Assembly: GCF_009914755.1 (NCBI RefSeq)
Contig: NC_060925.1
Origin: the human T2T-CHM13v2.0 reference genome, Homo sapiens
DNA length: 64,000 nucleotides
Direction: 5' to 3' (one strand)
A program made the translations under genes and the position numbers. Positions 15,176-26,569 of this stretch are shown in pieces (positions within the stretch are counted from its first letter, which is position 1; every line of letters starts with the position of its first letter). A model generated the notes under the pieces. It searched no databases, was not told where the DNA came from, and saw only the letters and a list, made by a program, of their open reading frames with translations.

Positions 15176-17311
15176 GTTTCTGTCAAACCCCAATATCTAA
15201 TCCAATTATACAAGTAAATGGCCACCAGGTAGGTCTGTGGGCCCATTGCACCCACTGTGAGTCAGACCTAAGATTCTAGGATTCCATTTACTTTTTGGCA
15301 CTATACAGCCCCACTCTGACAGCATGGCCATTATAGATATTAGGTCTCATATTGGGTATCAATGTCAATTCTGCTCCTATGTCTGACAATCATTGAAAAG
15401 TCTTGGCATTCTTTTCCCCAAAGTATTCACTTGAGTAAAGGGCTATATTCCCTTGGGGAAAGGACAGAGGCATTTCAACTGAATACAATTGCTATGTAGT
15501 TGCAGGATTCCTTTTCATACAAAACTAGCATCTCTTTCTGCCGCCAGTGTCCTGGGTCTGCCAACTGACGCAAGCCTGGAAACTGGACCAAAAAAAAAAA
15601 AAAAAAAGAAAAGAAACTGTAAGTTTTAATTTGAGGGGCTTTTTCTTTTTCTCAGCCTTCTTAACATTCAGTCTTGATATATATTGTGGTGTAAACTAAG
15701 CAATATTCACTTTTACTGCTCTTCTAATTGTCTATGGAAACTCCAAATTCCATTAATACATCCAAAGTTCTTTGAAGGTATAGGCCATTCCTCTAGCGCA
15801 TCTGAAATGCCACTTGAATTTTGCCACACGTTGTGATATCTGTGGTCACTTTGCTTCATTACAATAATTGCAACTACTTTGATTCTAAGGACTGAGTACC
15901 TCTAAATGGACCTTTATTGTTTGGGGGAACTAATTAGGCTCACTGTGTTTAGGAAGCCCTGTTTTGTATTAGCCTCTGCTAACATCAGCCTTGGCCTATA
16001 GAGAACAGCCATCATTGAGCTGATCCCACTCTTACCAATACATTGTTTATTGTTTTTACAGTTGGAATGTCCTTCAGGCCCTCCCATGGAACATATTCAC
16101 TGATAGGTTTCCAGCCATACATAGTATACGCACTCTAGCATGCCAGCTCCTCTGAACCTTTTCACCTCTCCTTCACTATCCTCCATGGCAATTCTGGCAC
16201 TTCTGCTTCACATAGTGTAGGCCTTTGCTTTTTCCAGCATCAGACAGCCCTTCTAACAACTTATTGGTATCATTTCCTGAGTCCTTGTCCAGGTGTCGAG
16301 TTATAAAAAGGAGGCTTCTCCTTTCTATAACTTACCCAACCTTATGTTCTTCCCCTCTTGACCATTATCCCAGAAGCTAGTACCATGCATATGCTACCAG
16401 CTACTACCAATGCATAGGAGCCATACTCTGCAGATCCTTTGATGTATACTCTCTCTCCTTTTACAGCAGTCTCAGCACATTGCTAGTCTGGTTGTATAAG
16501 CAGGATTTGATCTTCCTTATTGGACTAGTTGCCAGGGGGCAAGGTAGGGGTAGATCCTGAAGCTGGCAAATATTGTCATATAAAATGTATACCTAATTTG
16601 AGGTTTCTGTACCATCTTCAAGCAAGGGGAGGGCTATTATCTTCTAACACAGGAAAGGGGGCTATCGTGGTCATAGTGGGGGGTACTACTGAAGGCCCAG
16701 CAAGTCAAGGTTCTTAACTGCATCCACTCAGATTACCCTATTTCAAGTCTCAGTGCCCTTACTCTTTCTCTACTAGGACCCAGTAGTTGGCATAGGAGAC
16801 TTATTGAGGCTCAGAATTCAATCCTATCTGCAGCTCCACTACTTTAGTGATTAAGTCCTGAGCCTTGTTTTCTGTTCTTTTGGTATTTTGGCTGCAGGAA
16901 ATTAGGATTTCCTTAAATGCTGCTAAGGAAGCCTTTTGGGCTTTTCACATTTTGCCTTGAAATGGTAATTAATCATCTGAGCTTGTCATTATTTATCTTT
17001 CACAAATCAATGGGGCACCATAACAGCCACCCAATTCCATAACCCTTGTAATTACCATTTCCCTTATGCCTCTCAAGCACAAGAAACACTGCAGCAGGCC
17101 ATGTATCCCCCTCTAAGGATATCTCATATCAGTCTACCCCTGGTGAAAGTCTTAACAGTTGCACAGCAAATTCCCTGCTTTTAATAATTACACTGCTGCA
17201 ACATCTTGGAGTCTAGCTCTACTCTACCCACTACCAGTGATGGGGTTTACAATTCCAGAGAGCCAATGATTGGCCCTTCTCCAAAATCTCATTTTAAAAG
17301 TCAGTTTCCTA
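15176..17311 (-). pseudogene. ERVL-class gag-protease remnant
   Basis: Minus strand ~15352-15400 reads TFQ*LSDIGAELTLIP (ERVL protease LLDTGSELTLIP, decayed); continuous with pol across the L1 TSD; gag assigned by position. Confidence 0.75.
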
Positions 17312-17329
17312 AAACCACTCTTAGTACCA
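17312..17329 (-). promoter_or_regulatory. Retroviral primer-binding site, tRNA-Leu type
   Basis: Reverse complement TGGTACTAAGAGTGGTTT resembles the ERVL PBS TGGTACCAGGAGTGG; abuts the LTR. Confidence 0.75.
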
Positions 17330-17735
17330 AAAAATTCTTAGATGTGAAGTCGCACCAGAGGAATTCTTGAGGGATACATATGTAAGGAAGTAAAGAAGGC
17401 AGGTTTGGGCAGAAGGAGAAGCTGAATTAAAATGAGGTTGTAACTGAGGCCTAAGCTGATTCTCTGGGAGTTCTGAAGCCTGCATGGCCCCTATAGAGTT
17501 GTCCCCAAATGAGGCAAGAGTGCCAGGCTTTCAATATCCCTAACTAGGAAGCCACTGGCCATGGGCTACCTCCCTAGGGGGAGGCATAATTTTGTATCAG
17601 GCAGTTCCCTGTGACTGAGGGCAATTCCTCGTAAGAGGCATAGCTACAAGCAGGCAGCAGTCCAGGAAGCTAAGGGATGTGTGTGCCAACCCTGGAGATG
17701 GGAGCCCTGTGGCACATCACGATATCTGTTAAAAT
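17330..17735 (-). mobile_element. 5' LTR of the ERVL provirus (LTR16-like)
   Basis: GGCAGGTTTGGGCAGAAGGAGAAGCTGAA...ATGGCCCCTATAGAGTTGTCCC resembles the LTR16 family; lies next to the PBS; family name tentative. Confidence 0.65.
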
Positions 17736-18239
17736 GACCATTTCTGTCATAACTCCGCCAGTACCACTGCCTATTTTCCACAATGGAATCCCCACACCTT
17801 TGCAGATAATGCTGCTTATTCTGGACAGTTGCCTTTTAAAGCAAAAAGAAAGCACTCTTCCACCATAATATCGTTCAAATGATCCACTAAGCTTGGCTGG
17901 CAAGTGGGGGCTGTGGGTGACAATGTGGTATCACTTAGTGAGGGGAAGAGCAGCCTAGAGGTCTGCTCTGTTGGCACTCAGCTTGCAGCACCTTCTGTTG
18001 GCTGAGGAAACTGATAAGATAGGTTCATAAAACAGGAGAGAAAAATTTAGTTTGTCATTACAACTGCTTGACCATCACGTTGCCCTGATTAATAATCACC
18101 TTGCAACTCCAGGGCATCACCTTCTAATTAATGTTGCCCCACTCTTGCAGTGTCCTGACTCTCAAACCTCTAGGGTCAAGTCAGAGCACAAAAAGTCTAT
18201 CTTAGTCTCATCAGCAAGCAAAAAAAAAAAAAGAATGAC

Positions 18240-18659
18240 TGGGGCAGATTGACTAGATGTTCAACAAACGTTTTCCCTGTTTCTCCTTGGCACATAATTA
18301 GTCTATATTTGCCAGCTTGTCTTGGAGTTGGATGCAGCCATGTGCCTGAGCTCTAAACAAAGGAATTGGTCAGAGGTGAAATATCACCTGCTCCCAGGCC
18401 TAGTCTGTGGATGCTCACATATGCAATTCTCCTTTTCTTTGCCATCCTAGGAGGAGACAGAAAAGGGCCCTGAGGAATAAAGGTTAGTAAAGATTAGAGC
18501 CCTGATATGGAAAGTACAAGGTACCTGAGTCTGGGGAAATCTGTCTAAGGAGAGCTGCTCCTCCATATCAGACTGCTATGCAAATAATCATTTGTTATGC
18601 AATCCCTGTGGAATGTTGGGGTTGTTTGTTACAGCAGGTAGCTCACACTGACTAATACA
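18240..18659 (+). mobile_element. Old MaLR LTR (MLT1J-like)
   Basis: Ends GGGGTTGTTTGTTACAGCAG...TGACTAATACA; internal GCCATGTGCCTGAGCTCT. Confidence 0.75.
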
Positions 18660-19834
18660 GAGGCAGCAAATTAAGGTAAGTCAGAGGGATCCCAAGGGAA
18701 CCTGAGCTGTGCTTCTCACCAGCTCTAGGCCCTAATTACTTGGTAACTTTTTCAGATTCTCAGCACCCACCCAGTGACTTAGGCTGCCCTGAAAAAACAT
18801 TTTGAAAATAAACAAATATTCATCTGAAAGTCACCTTGGTGAGAATAATTGGAGATAGGCAGAACTCCCTCGTGCTCAGAAGGACCTTAATGCAGCCAAG
18901 ATTTGTATCCTCTATGTTACTTCTTGGACACCCTACATAGACACTTCAAGGAGTAAAGAATAAGCTGTCTTCCCTCCTCTTTCTGCCAGCCTCTCTCCTC
19001 AGGATAAGCAGCTCTGTCTACAGAGCTATGTCCTGCATCTACTTGGAAATGCATTTTTTTCTTCCAGGCAACATAAAAGCCGTTGGTCTGTGCACAGGGG
19101 TTTGGCTGGGGGCATTTCCCAAGAAAGCATGTGCACATCAACCTAAGTCAAGGAATGCAGGCTCTGGGGAAACATTCTCGCACTGAGCCATGCCAGCCTG
19201 GCACTCCACAATGTTCACACTCCTGCAATTAAGCTGTTCAGTTCTCAATCATCTGGAGCTGCTGCCAACTGCTGGCTGCTGATAGTCAGAGTGGCTGCTG
19301 CCTGGAATGTCAGCAATTCTGCTTTCTGCCTCTCCTGGACTGGCTTCACTGTACTCTCCCAGCCTCCCCAAGACAGTTAGGTGCTCATGTCCCTTTACCT
19401 AGGTGATTTTGAGAGAGAGGCCTGGGAAGGTGCAGTGGGGCTGCTCTGTAAGACTTCTAGTGCCCACAGTCTATGCCTCCTGCTGTGCCATTTCAGTGCT
19501 TTAAGCTCCACCTCACCCAAGTGGGATGTTAATTCCTGTTCCCGAAGAGAGCAAACAGCCTGGGTTGGGTGGAATGCCACTGAGCACGCGTTCCCTACCA
19601 GCCTGTGCTGGCTGTCTCATATACATGATCTCAAAAAAATCTTTACGTGGCCCAGGAAGGTAAGTGCTATATCACGATTTCACAAAGACACTAGAAAAAG
19701 CTCAGTCACTTGACAATCTAGCACCTTCTCTCCATTCCCACTACCAACACCCTGAATTAGAAAGGTATCATTTCCCCTTGACTCTTATAAAGCCTGCCTC
19801 CATGTTTTAGCCTCTAGATTCCATCTTGTAGGCC

Positions 19835-20170
19835 TGCATTGTTCCACATTGTAGCCACATGTGGCTATTGAGCACTTGACATGTGGCTAAACTAAATTGA
19901 GATGTGGTATACATGTAAACTGCACAAAGGATTTTGAAGATTTTATACAATAAGAAAGAATGTAAAATACCTCATTTAATATTGTTTGATGTTGATTACA
20001 TTTTGAAGTGATTACAGTGATTATATTTTGGATCTATTATGCTAAATAAAATATGTCATTAAAATTAATGTTTTTTAAACTTTTTTAATGTGGCTACTAG
20101 AAATTTAAAGTTACGTATGTAGCTTTTATTTGTAGCTCACTATATCTGTGAATTGGACAGGACAGTGTCT
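19835..20170. mobile_element. MER33-like hAT-Charlie MITE within an L2 relic
   Basis: TAGCCACATGTGGCTATTGAGCACTTGA...AATGTGGCTACTAGAAATTTAAA hallmarks. Confidence 0.85.
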
Positions 20171-20526
20171 AGAGACTGACCAGAAGGTTCTGTTTGAAGC
20201 ACCAACTGCCTGTGTCATCTTCCTGCTTCCCACAACCAGGAGGACAAATTCCAAGCCTTTAATATGGCTGAGAAGACCCTTTGTGTTCTGTACCTTGTCT
20301 CTCTCATATCTCCCAACTCTCACCTTTAATGTGATGTTTCTGCCGGCTCCCAGTTTGGGAATTCTTCACCCACACCATCATGTTTCTATCACCTCTACTT
20401 TGGTTATGTGCCTCCTTCTGCCAGAAATGCCTTTCTCCCTAAGAGTCACTGCACAACACCTTCTTGTTCATCTTCTCTGACTTGAGGAGTCCTTCTAGAA
20501 GCCTTTTCTAACTCTTCTCCTCATCC

Positions 20527-20662
20527 CAGGGCAAGCACTAGGGTGAAGCAGACAAGGCACCTAGGATGAGAATTTAAGGAAGCACCTACACAAACCTCTG
20601 AGTGGTGCCTCCTTAAGTTCTGTGCCTCAGGGCCTCGCCTGCCTCCCCCTGGTCTTGCCATG
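20527..20662. mobile_element. MER96-like palindromic hAT MITE
   Basis: CAGGGCAAGCACTAGGGTGAAGCAG...AATTTAAGGAAGCAC / GTGCCTCCTTAAGTT...GCCTGCCTCCCCCTGGTCTTGCC imperfect inverted arms. Confidence 0.75.
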
Positions 20663-23600
20663 CCATCCTCTTGGGATATTCTCTCCATGCATGTAAGGCC
20701 CCACCTATAAGTCTATGGCTGCTTTTCAGCAACATTATATTCACTGTCATTGTCTCCCACCTTCTCCCAGAAAGCTATTGTGACACTCATGAAGAAAACT
20801 GCATCCTGAGGTATCGATCTGTTGTTTGTCAGGCAGGGTTCTATGTGCAAGGATTCAATGATGCCATCATTTCTACCCTGAAAAAAATATCACAAATCTT
20901 TGTTATCTGCCTTCTGCTTTCCTACTTAGAACAGAAATGTCCCAATTTTGAGACATTGATTAGCTGTGCAGCCAGTTGAGGTACAGATCCCCAGACCCCA
21001 TCCTTGCACCTCTGATTCTGTGGGGCCACAGGGAGGCCCTTGGGGACCAGCACCTGCCAGCTAGCCTCAAGGCTGCTGTTGCTCAGTCTCAAACAATCTC
21101 CCTTGTTTCTCATAAGCAAACACAGGGTAACTTTTCTCTACTACACCCATTCATCCACACGTTTATTTGTTCATTTGACTATTATTGCATGCCTATGGTG
21201 TAAGTCTTTGTTCTAGGGGCTGTCAAAGAAATAAAGGTAAATCAGAACAGAATGTCTTATAGGCTCTTCTAGTTTATGAAATGTCTCCATATGCACAATT
21301 TTGTTTGATTTGTGGACTAAAAAATATCTCCCTTTTAGAGATAGTCTGATTTGCCCAAGATCACACCTGAGCAAGCATTAGGGACTGAAATCAAGATCAC
21401 ATAGTAAGTAGCAGGGACTGGAACCAAGCACAGTTATGTCTTCCAACTTGACACAAGAATTTGCCCTGAAGAAGGTTATCTTGTGAGTGGTGGAAATTTC
21501 ATACTTAGGAGTCTGGAGCCAGGAGAAGGAAAAGGGAGGAAGAGAAAGGAAAAGGATCATGGAAGCCGGAGTGTGTAGATGAGAGGTAGAAAGGGCCAAC
21601 TAGTCCTTGGAGTGCCTGTTAGCTAGCCTCAAGGCTGTTCCCAGTCCCAAGGTGGCAGAGGCCAAAGGAAGGATTCCCTTGCACCTCTGAGTCTGGACTG
21701 AGCTCTGGAAGCCTCTGGAAATCTTCCCCCTCTTCCTCATTTCCCTAGCTGTAAGGAACCTCTCCTGTCCCAACAAAGGGGGGTGTCCTGCAAAGGCCTG
21801 ATTTATCCATAGCACAGCAGCTTTGTACCCTGTGGCACCTCTGCTCCATGATGACTCGTGGAATAGAGTGGGTCCTACCGCATACCCTGCGCCCCACCCC
21901 TAGGCTTGCTGCTTAGCCCTGGGACTTGCCCTGACAGGCTTGAGCTTGTGGGTGTGGAGGAAACTCACTATGTAGTTGTGTGCAGGCTGGCAAAGGCCCC
22001 CCACCCCAGACTGGCCCTCACCTCTTCCTCCCCTTCCCAGACCCCCTGGGGCTCTGGAGAACAGGTTGTCAGTTAAGCAGACCTGACAGCTGACAGCTTT
22101 CCCGAACAGCCGGAGCACGGTTAGCTTTCCTTCTTTTCTTTTTCCTCTTCTTCCTTTCCCCTGTTGTTGTTGCAAGACTGGAAGCCTGACTGGAATTTAA
22201 AGCAAGGCTTTGGCGTAAAAATATATGCTAGCACCAAGCCCCACTTTCAGCTTCCCTCTCAGATTGGCAGCTGTCCACTTTCTGGGGTCGAAGAAGAGAA
22301 CAGCTGCAAATTGTTAGAGGAGGGGTGGCAGCAGGGGGGTGTGGGAATGGGCTCTCTGATGCCCCAGTAACCTTCTCTGTCTGGACACTGGTCTTGTTTT
22401 ATTTGGGGCGCAGGAGGGGCAGGAAATCCTCCAGGGAAGCTCTGTAATCTGTCCTCCTGATGCTTATCCTCAGGTCCCTTTGCTCTCCTGGAATCTGAGA
22501 TGCCACGAGGCTCCCAGTCTGCTGCTAATCCATCCTTCTCATGTTATCTGTCTGTTCCCCTATCAGTCCCTGCTTAAGGCAGATAGATAAATAGATGGAT
22601 AGATAAGAAGAGACTCTAAGCAGCTTAAATAAACTATCCTATTTACATCTCCAGGTCCAATCTATCAATCCATCTTCTGTCTATTGTGAGTGTATTCTCT
22701 CTCAATCTGCCCCTTCAGCCTCCATTAACCACTCATCTGTCTTCCTTTTGCCCTACACTTTCCCTTTCTACTCTCCATTTCCCGACGTCAAAATAAATCC
22801 AAAGCTGAGACACAATGAGGCATGCCTTTCCATTCCAGTTATCCCAGAAGGGTAGCCACAGTGGCTGACGTTGGTGGCTTCCTGTGACTGTCCTCAGGAA
22901 ATACACAAATGTCCTTTATAATGTCAGGGGACAAACAACAAGTGTCAGATCTGCTGGGCTAGGCCTGTGTTCACAGTTTTACAAATAGAGTGAGAGTTTC
23001 CCAATCTAGGCTCTCTTGGGATAAGGAAGGTGATGGGGAATGGCAATGGGCTGGGGTGGAGGAGAAGAGGCAGGTAAGCTATTTGAATCAATGAGGAGAC
23101 CTAAGCATTGTGCATTTGTACACAAAATAGTTTTCTTACTTTTCAAATGATTTGGACTACTGGTTGAAGTGAAGGAGTAGGAGAAGAGAGAGGAAAAGGT
23201 GGGGATTTTCTAAATTTCATAATTCACACTATCTATTGACCTTCAAACAGTTAATTTCTTTAGATCCTCTGAACTTCAGGTTTTACTGCTAACAGCATAA
23301 GGGACTATTTTGAATAATGACCTTCCCAGTAAATGAAATGAAAATTCATGATATTAATCATAAATGAAAATATCAACAATTTGAAAGAAAGAGAGGAAGA
23401 AAAGAAAAAAAGAAAGAACACCAATTTCATCAAATCAGGAGCGTTTTCTACTTGTCAGACACATGTACCAAAAAAGGTAAGTCATCTTGCCCTTTCCTTG
23501 GGGCCACCAGCATCTAATTGTGTTCATCTTGGAAAATACAGCAAATCTGTAGTTTCCCATTGCCCTTATGAAGACCACCACAATCCTAAGCCATAATCTA

Positions 23601-25009
23601 TCCCCAGACTTCAGTCCCCAGCTCTTGGCCCTGATACCTTCTCTGATGCCTACACATCCCTTCTGTTGACTTCTGGATAAATGTGAGCAAAAAAAGACAT
23701 CACCTTCATCCAGAGACTTTTAAGTGGAAGAACATAATGAGACATGGTAGACCTTTGTTAAAAGTGGAACATAGAAATTCTGTGATTGGCATGCTCCTCT
23801 GACACAGAGGATGTGACTCGCCACAGGAGGACAGCACCATCCTTGGGTCCTGTGAAGTCTGAGTCCAGTAACCAAAGGAAAAGGGGCAGTGAGGCTCCCA
23901 GCTGCTGCACCCCTACTCCAGGAGATCCCATGCCAGCTTTCAGAGCTGCCTGAGGACCTGCCTCCCTGCCAATGTTGGAGACTGCTGGTGACAAATGATC
24001 AGAGCATCCCTGGAACAGAGGCAAAGTAAAGACAGGAGAAGCAGGGCTCAGAGGCAAGCACTTTTACCCTCCAGTGCTGGAGAGGCTCTGAAAACAAACA
24101 AACAAATAAACCACTTGAGGTCCCATTGCAGCCTAGGAAAATACAGTTAACATTTTACTCATCCACCACTTAATAGGCATTAGCTAGCTCAATTTGGGGC
24201 ATGTGATACTTATTTATAAGCATAGGATGGTGAGTGTCAGAAGATGTCAATAAGTAATTATGAGTTCTGTAGAAGAAAAGGACCATTCTTTAACCCAGTC
24301 AGACGAATATTTGAAGGTTAGTATTTTTGAAATTGGAGAACATTGGTCTCATGTACATTATTTTAGAATCAAAAATTCTGAATAAATATTACCTTAAGAA
24401 ATGAAAGGGGATAGGAGCTAGGAAAACTAGGCCTTACGTGTCCTGATTCTGCCATCGGAAAAATCATTCAATGCTCCTGACTTATCTAGATTATTTTTAA
24501 TTGGGGAAATGGAGATTATGTTACCTTACACTTTAGAGGACTATGTTTCTCAGGGATCCTCCCTAAGAAATGATTCATAATTCTGAGGCATTCAGTGATT
24601 CATCATTTAGGGGAAGAAATGCTTCCTCCTTACTTTAGAAATAATCCCTAAAAAAGAGAAAAGCCAACAGTAAAGCAGAAAGACAAGCCATCCTATATCT
24701 CTACTTACTCAAGACAAAAAAGGAGAAAGAAAGAGGCTTTAAATCATGGAGTCTGTGATGACAAGGGACCTCCTGAGAGGAAATGCCATAGAGTAAGTAG
24801 TAGGTACACAATGTATGAATTGATGGATGAGTAAATGAATGATTGAATGAGCCAAAAGGGGCCTGTGGCTGTCTCACATGACCACTTGGTACACAGCACA
24901 TCTCTAGTGAAGGAAGTTGCAAGAATTTCAGGAAAATCTTTAAAATAGATTGCTTAGTGTGATATTTTAGGAATGGTTCCATATGAAGGTGGTGGGAAAA
25001 GTTAGATCA

Positions 25010-25155
25010 GTGTATGAAACTGCTCTATCACATCACCCAGGGAACTTCTTAAAATGCAGATTCCCAGGTCCCATCTCAAACTCACTGAATTAGAATCCCC
25101 AAGGTGATGCTGGCAACTGTATTTAATGGGCTGCCAGCTTCTTCTCATGTAGGCC
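25010..25155. mobile_element. MER5-like MITE
   Basis: ATCACCCAGGGAACTTCTTAAAATGCAGATTCCCAGGTCCCA...ACTGAATTAGAATC. Confidence 0.65.
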
Positions 25156-25529
25156 AGGATTTGCAGGTCCCTAAATTAGCATTTGGGAGCTATTATTCTA
25201 GACAATATCACAAGGGCCCTTCCAGCCCACACATTCTGTGATTCTGTGGAACTGATAAAAGGGAGAAGAGATATAGGCAAGGACAGTTCATTCCTTTCAC
25301 ATTTATAGAACACATACTAGGTTCAAAGAATTGGAAATATAACAGTGGATGAGAATGCACAGTTGTATTGCTCTGGGCTTTTGCTGTGAAAGAACAACTT
25401 GATCTCCAGAGAAGAGGAACAGAGATCTACCCCCTATCACCAAGACAATCCTGTAAGACATGAACTTTTTTTTTTTAAAAAAGTTATTTTTCACACAATA
25501 AAAATAATTTCTTAGGTTGTATAAAGTTT

Positions 25530-25730
25530 TCTTTTAATAAAGCACTTTTACAGATGGTATTCACATGACACAACCAGGTAGGTGTGGTTATTACCCTTAC
25601 TTTATAGAAGAGAAAACAGAGGCTTAGGAAAGTTGAAATACTTTCCTGGGATCATGTAGCTTATATGTAGGGGGACCAGGAATCCAATCCAGGTTTTGAA
25701 ATTGTAATATAATGCTATTTTTTACCATTC
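25530..25730 (-). mobile_element. MIR SINE
   Basis: TTATTACCCTTACTTTATAGAAGAGAAAACAGAGGCTTAGG antisense MIR core. Confidence 0.7.
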
Positions 25731-26080
25731 CCTAGAGATTCTTCACCTGTGGAGTCTGGCTTAGGTGTCCTGTGAAATTGCTGATATTTTTTCCTAGTTT
25801 ATCTCTGTGATGATATCATCTCCTGAATCAAGGAAAGTGCCATCTGCTTTAGTCAAATAAAATCCAGATCCGCAGAGAGAAGGGCAGCTGGACTGATTGG
25901 CTTTGACTTTTCTCCAAGACTCATCTTCTCTTGCTAAGATTTTCCAAAGTGTGTTCCTCAGAATGCAAATCCAGCAAAAAGTACGTGAAAGGAGAGTTGC
26001 TTTGTCATTGAGGCTCGAGAAACACTCTGTGACTCTCAGCTCATCCTAGAGATCCACAGTACTCAGAATGTATTAAAGGC

Positions 26081-26569
26081 TAGGGTGGGTTGAACAGTGG
26101 ACCTGTGAAAAGATATAAATCCCTGGAATCTCTGAATGTTACCTTAGATGGCAAAAGATATTACGACATTGAGGGTCTTGAAAGGAGGAGCTTATCTGGT
26201 ATTATCGAGTTGGCCGTAAATGCCATCACATGTGTCATTACAAGAGGGAGGCAGAGATTCCACATACACACTGCAGAAGGTGACATGAAGATACAGTGGA
26301 CAGAGATTTGAAGATCCTGGCCTTGCAGACTGGAAGGATGTGCTCACAAGTCAAGAAATGCTGACAACCACCAGAAGCTGGAAGGGGCAAGAAGCGGAGT
26401 CTCCCCTAGCCCTCCCAGAAGGAGCACAGCCCTGCCAACACCTTGATTTCAGCCCCGTGACACTGCTTTCAGGCTTCTGACCTCCAGAACTGTGAGAGAA
26501 TAAATTTATGCTGCTTTAAGCCACCAACTTTGTGGGAGTTTATTATGGTAGCCGCAGAAAACTAATACA
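26081..26569 (+). mobile_element. MaLR solo LTR (MLT1B/C-like)
   Basis: CCAGAAGCTGGAAGGGGCAAGAA, AATAAATTT, AACTAATACA end; 5-bp TSD AAGGC at 26076-26080 and 26570-26574. Confidence 0.9.

Noticed and set aside
19590-19670. Possible exon ending at AAG|GTAAGT (19660); similar donors near 18676 and 23477
   Set aside because: Consensus donors occur by chance in 64 kb; no recognisable protein or consistent exon chain; a lncRNA exon cannot be excluded without RNA data
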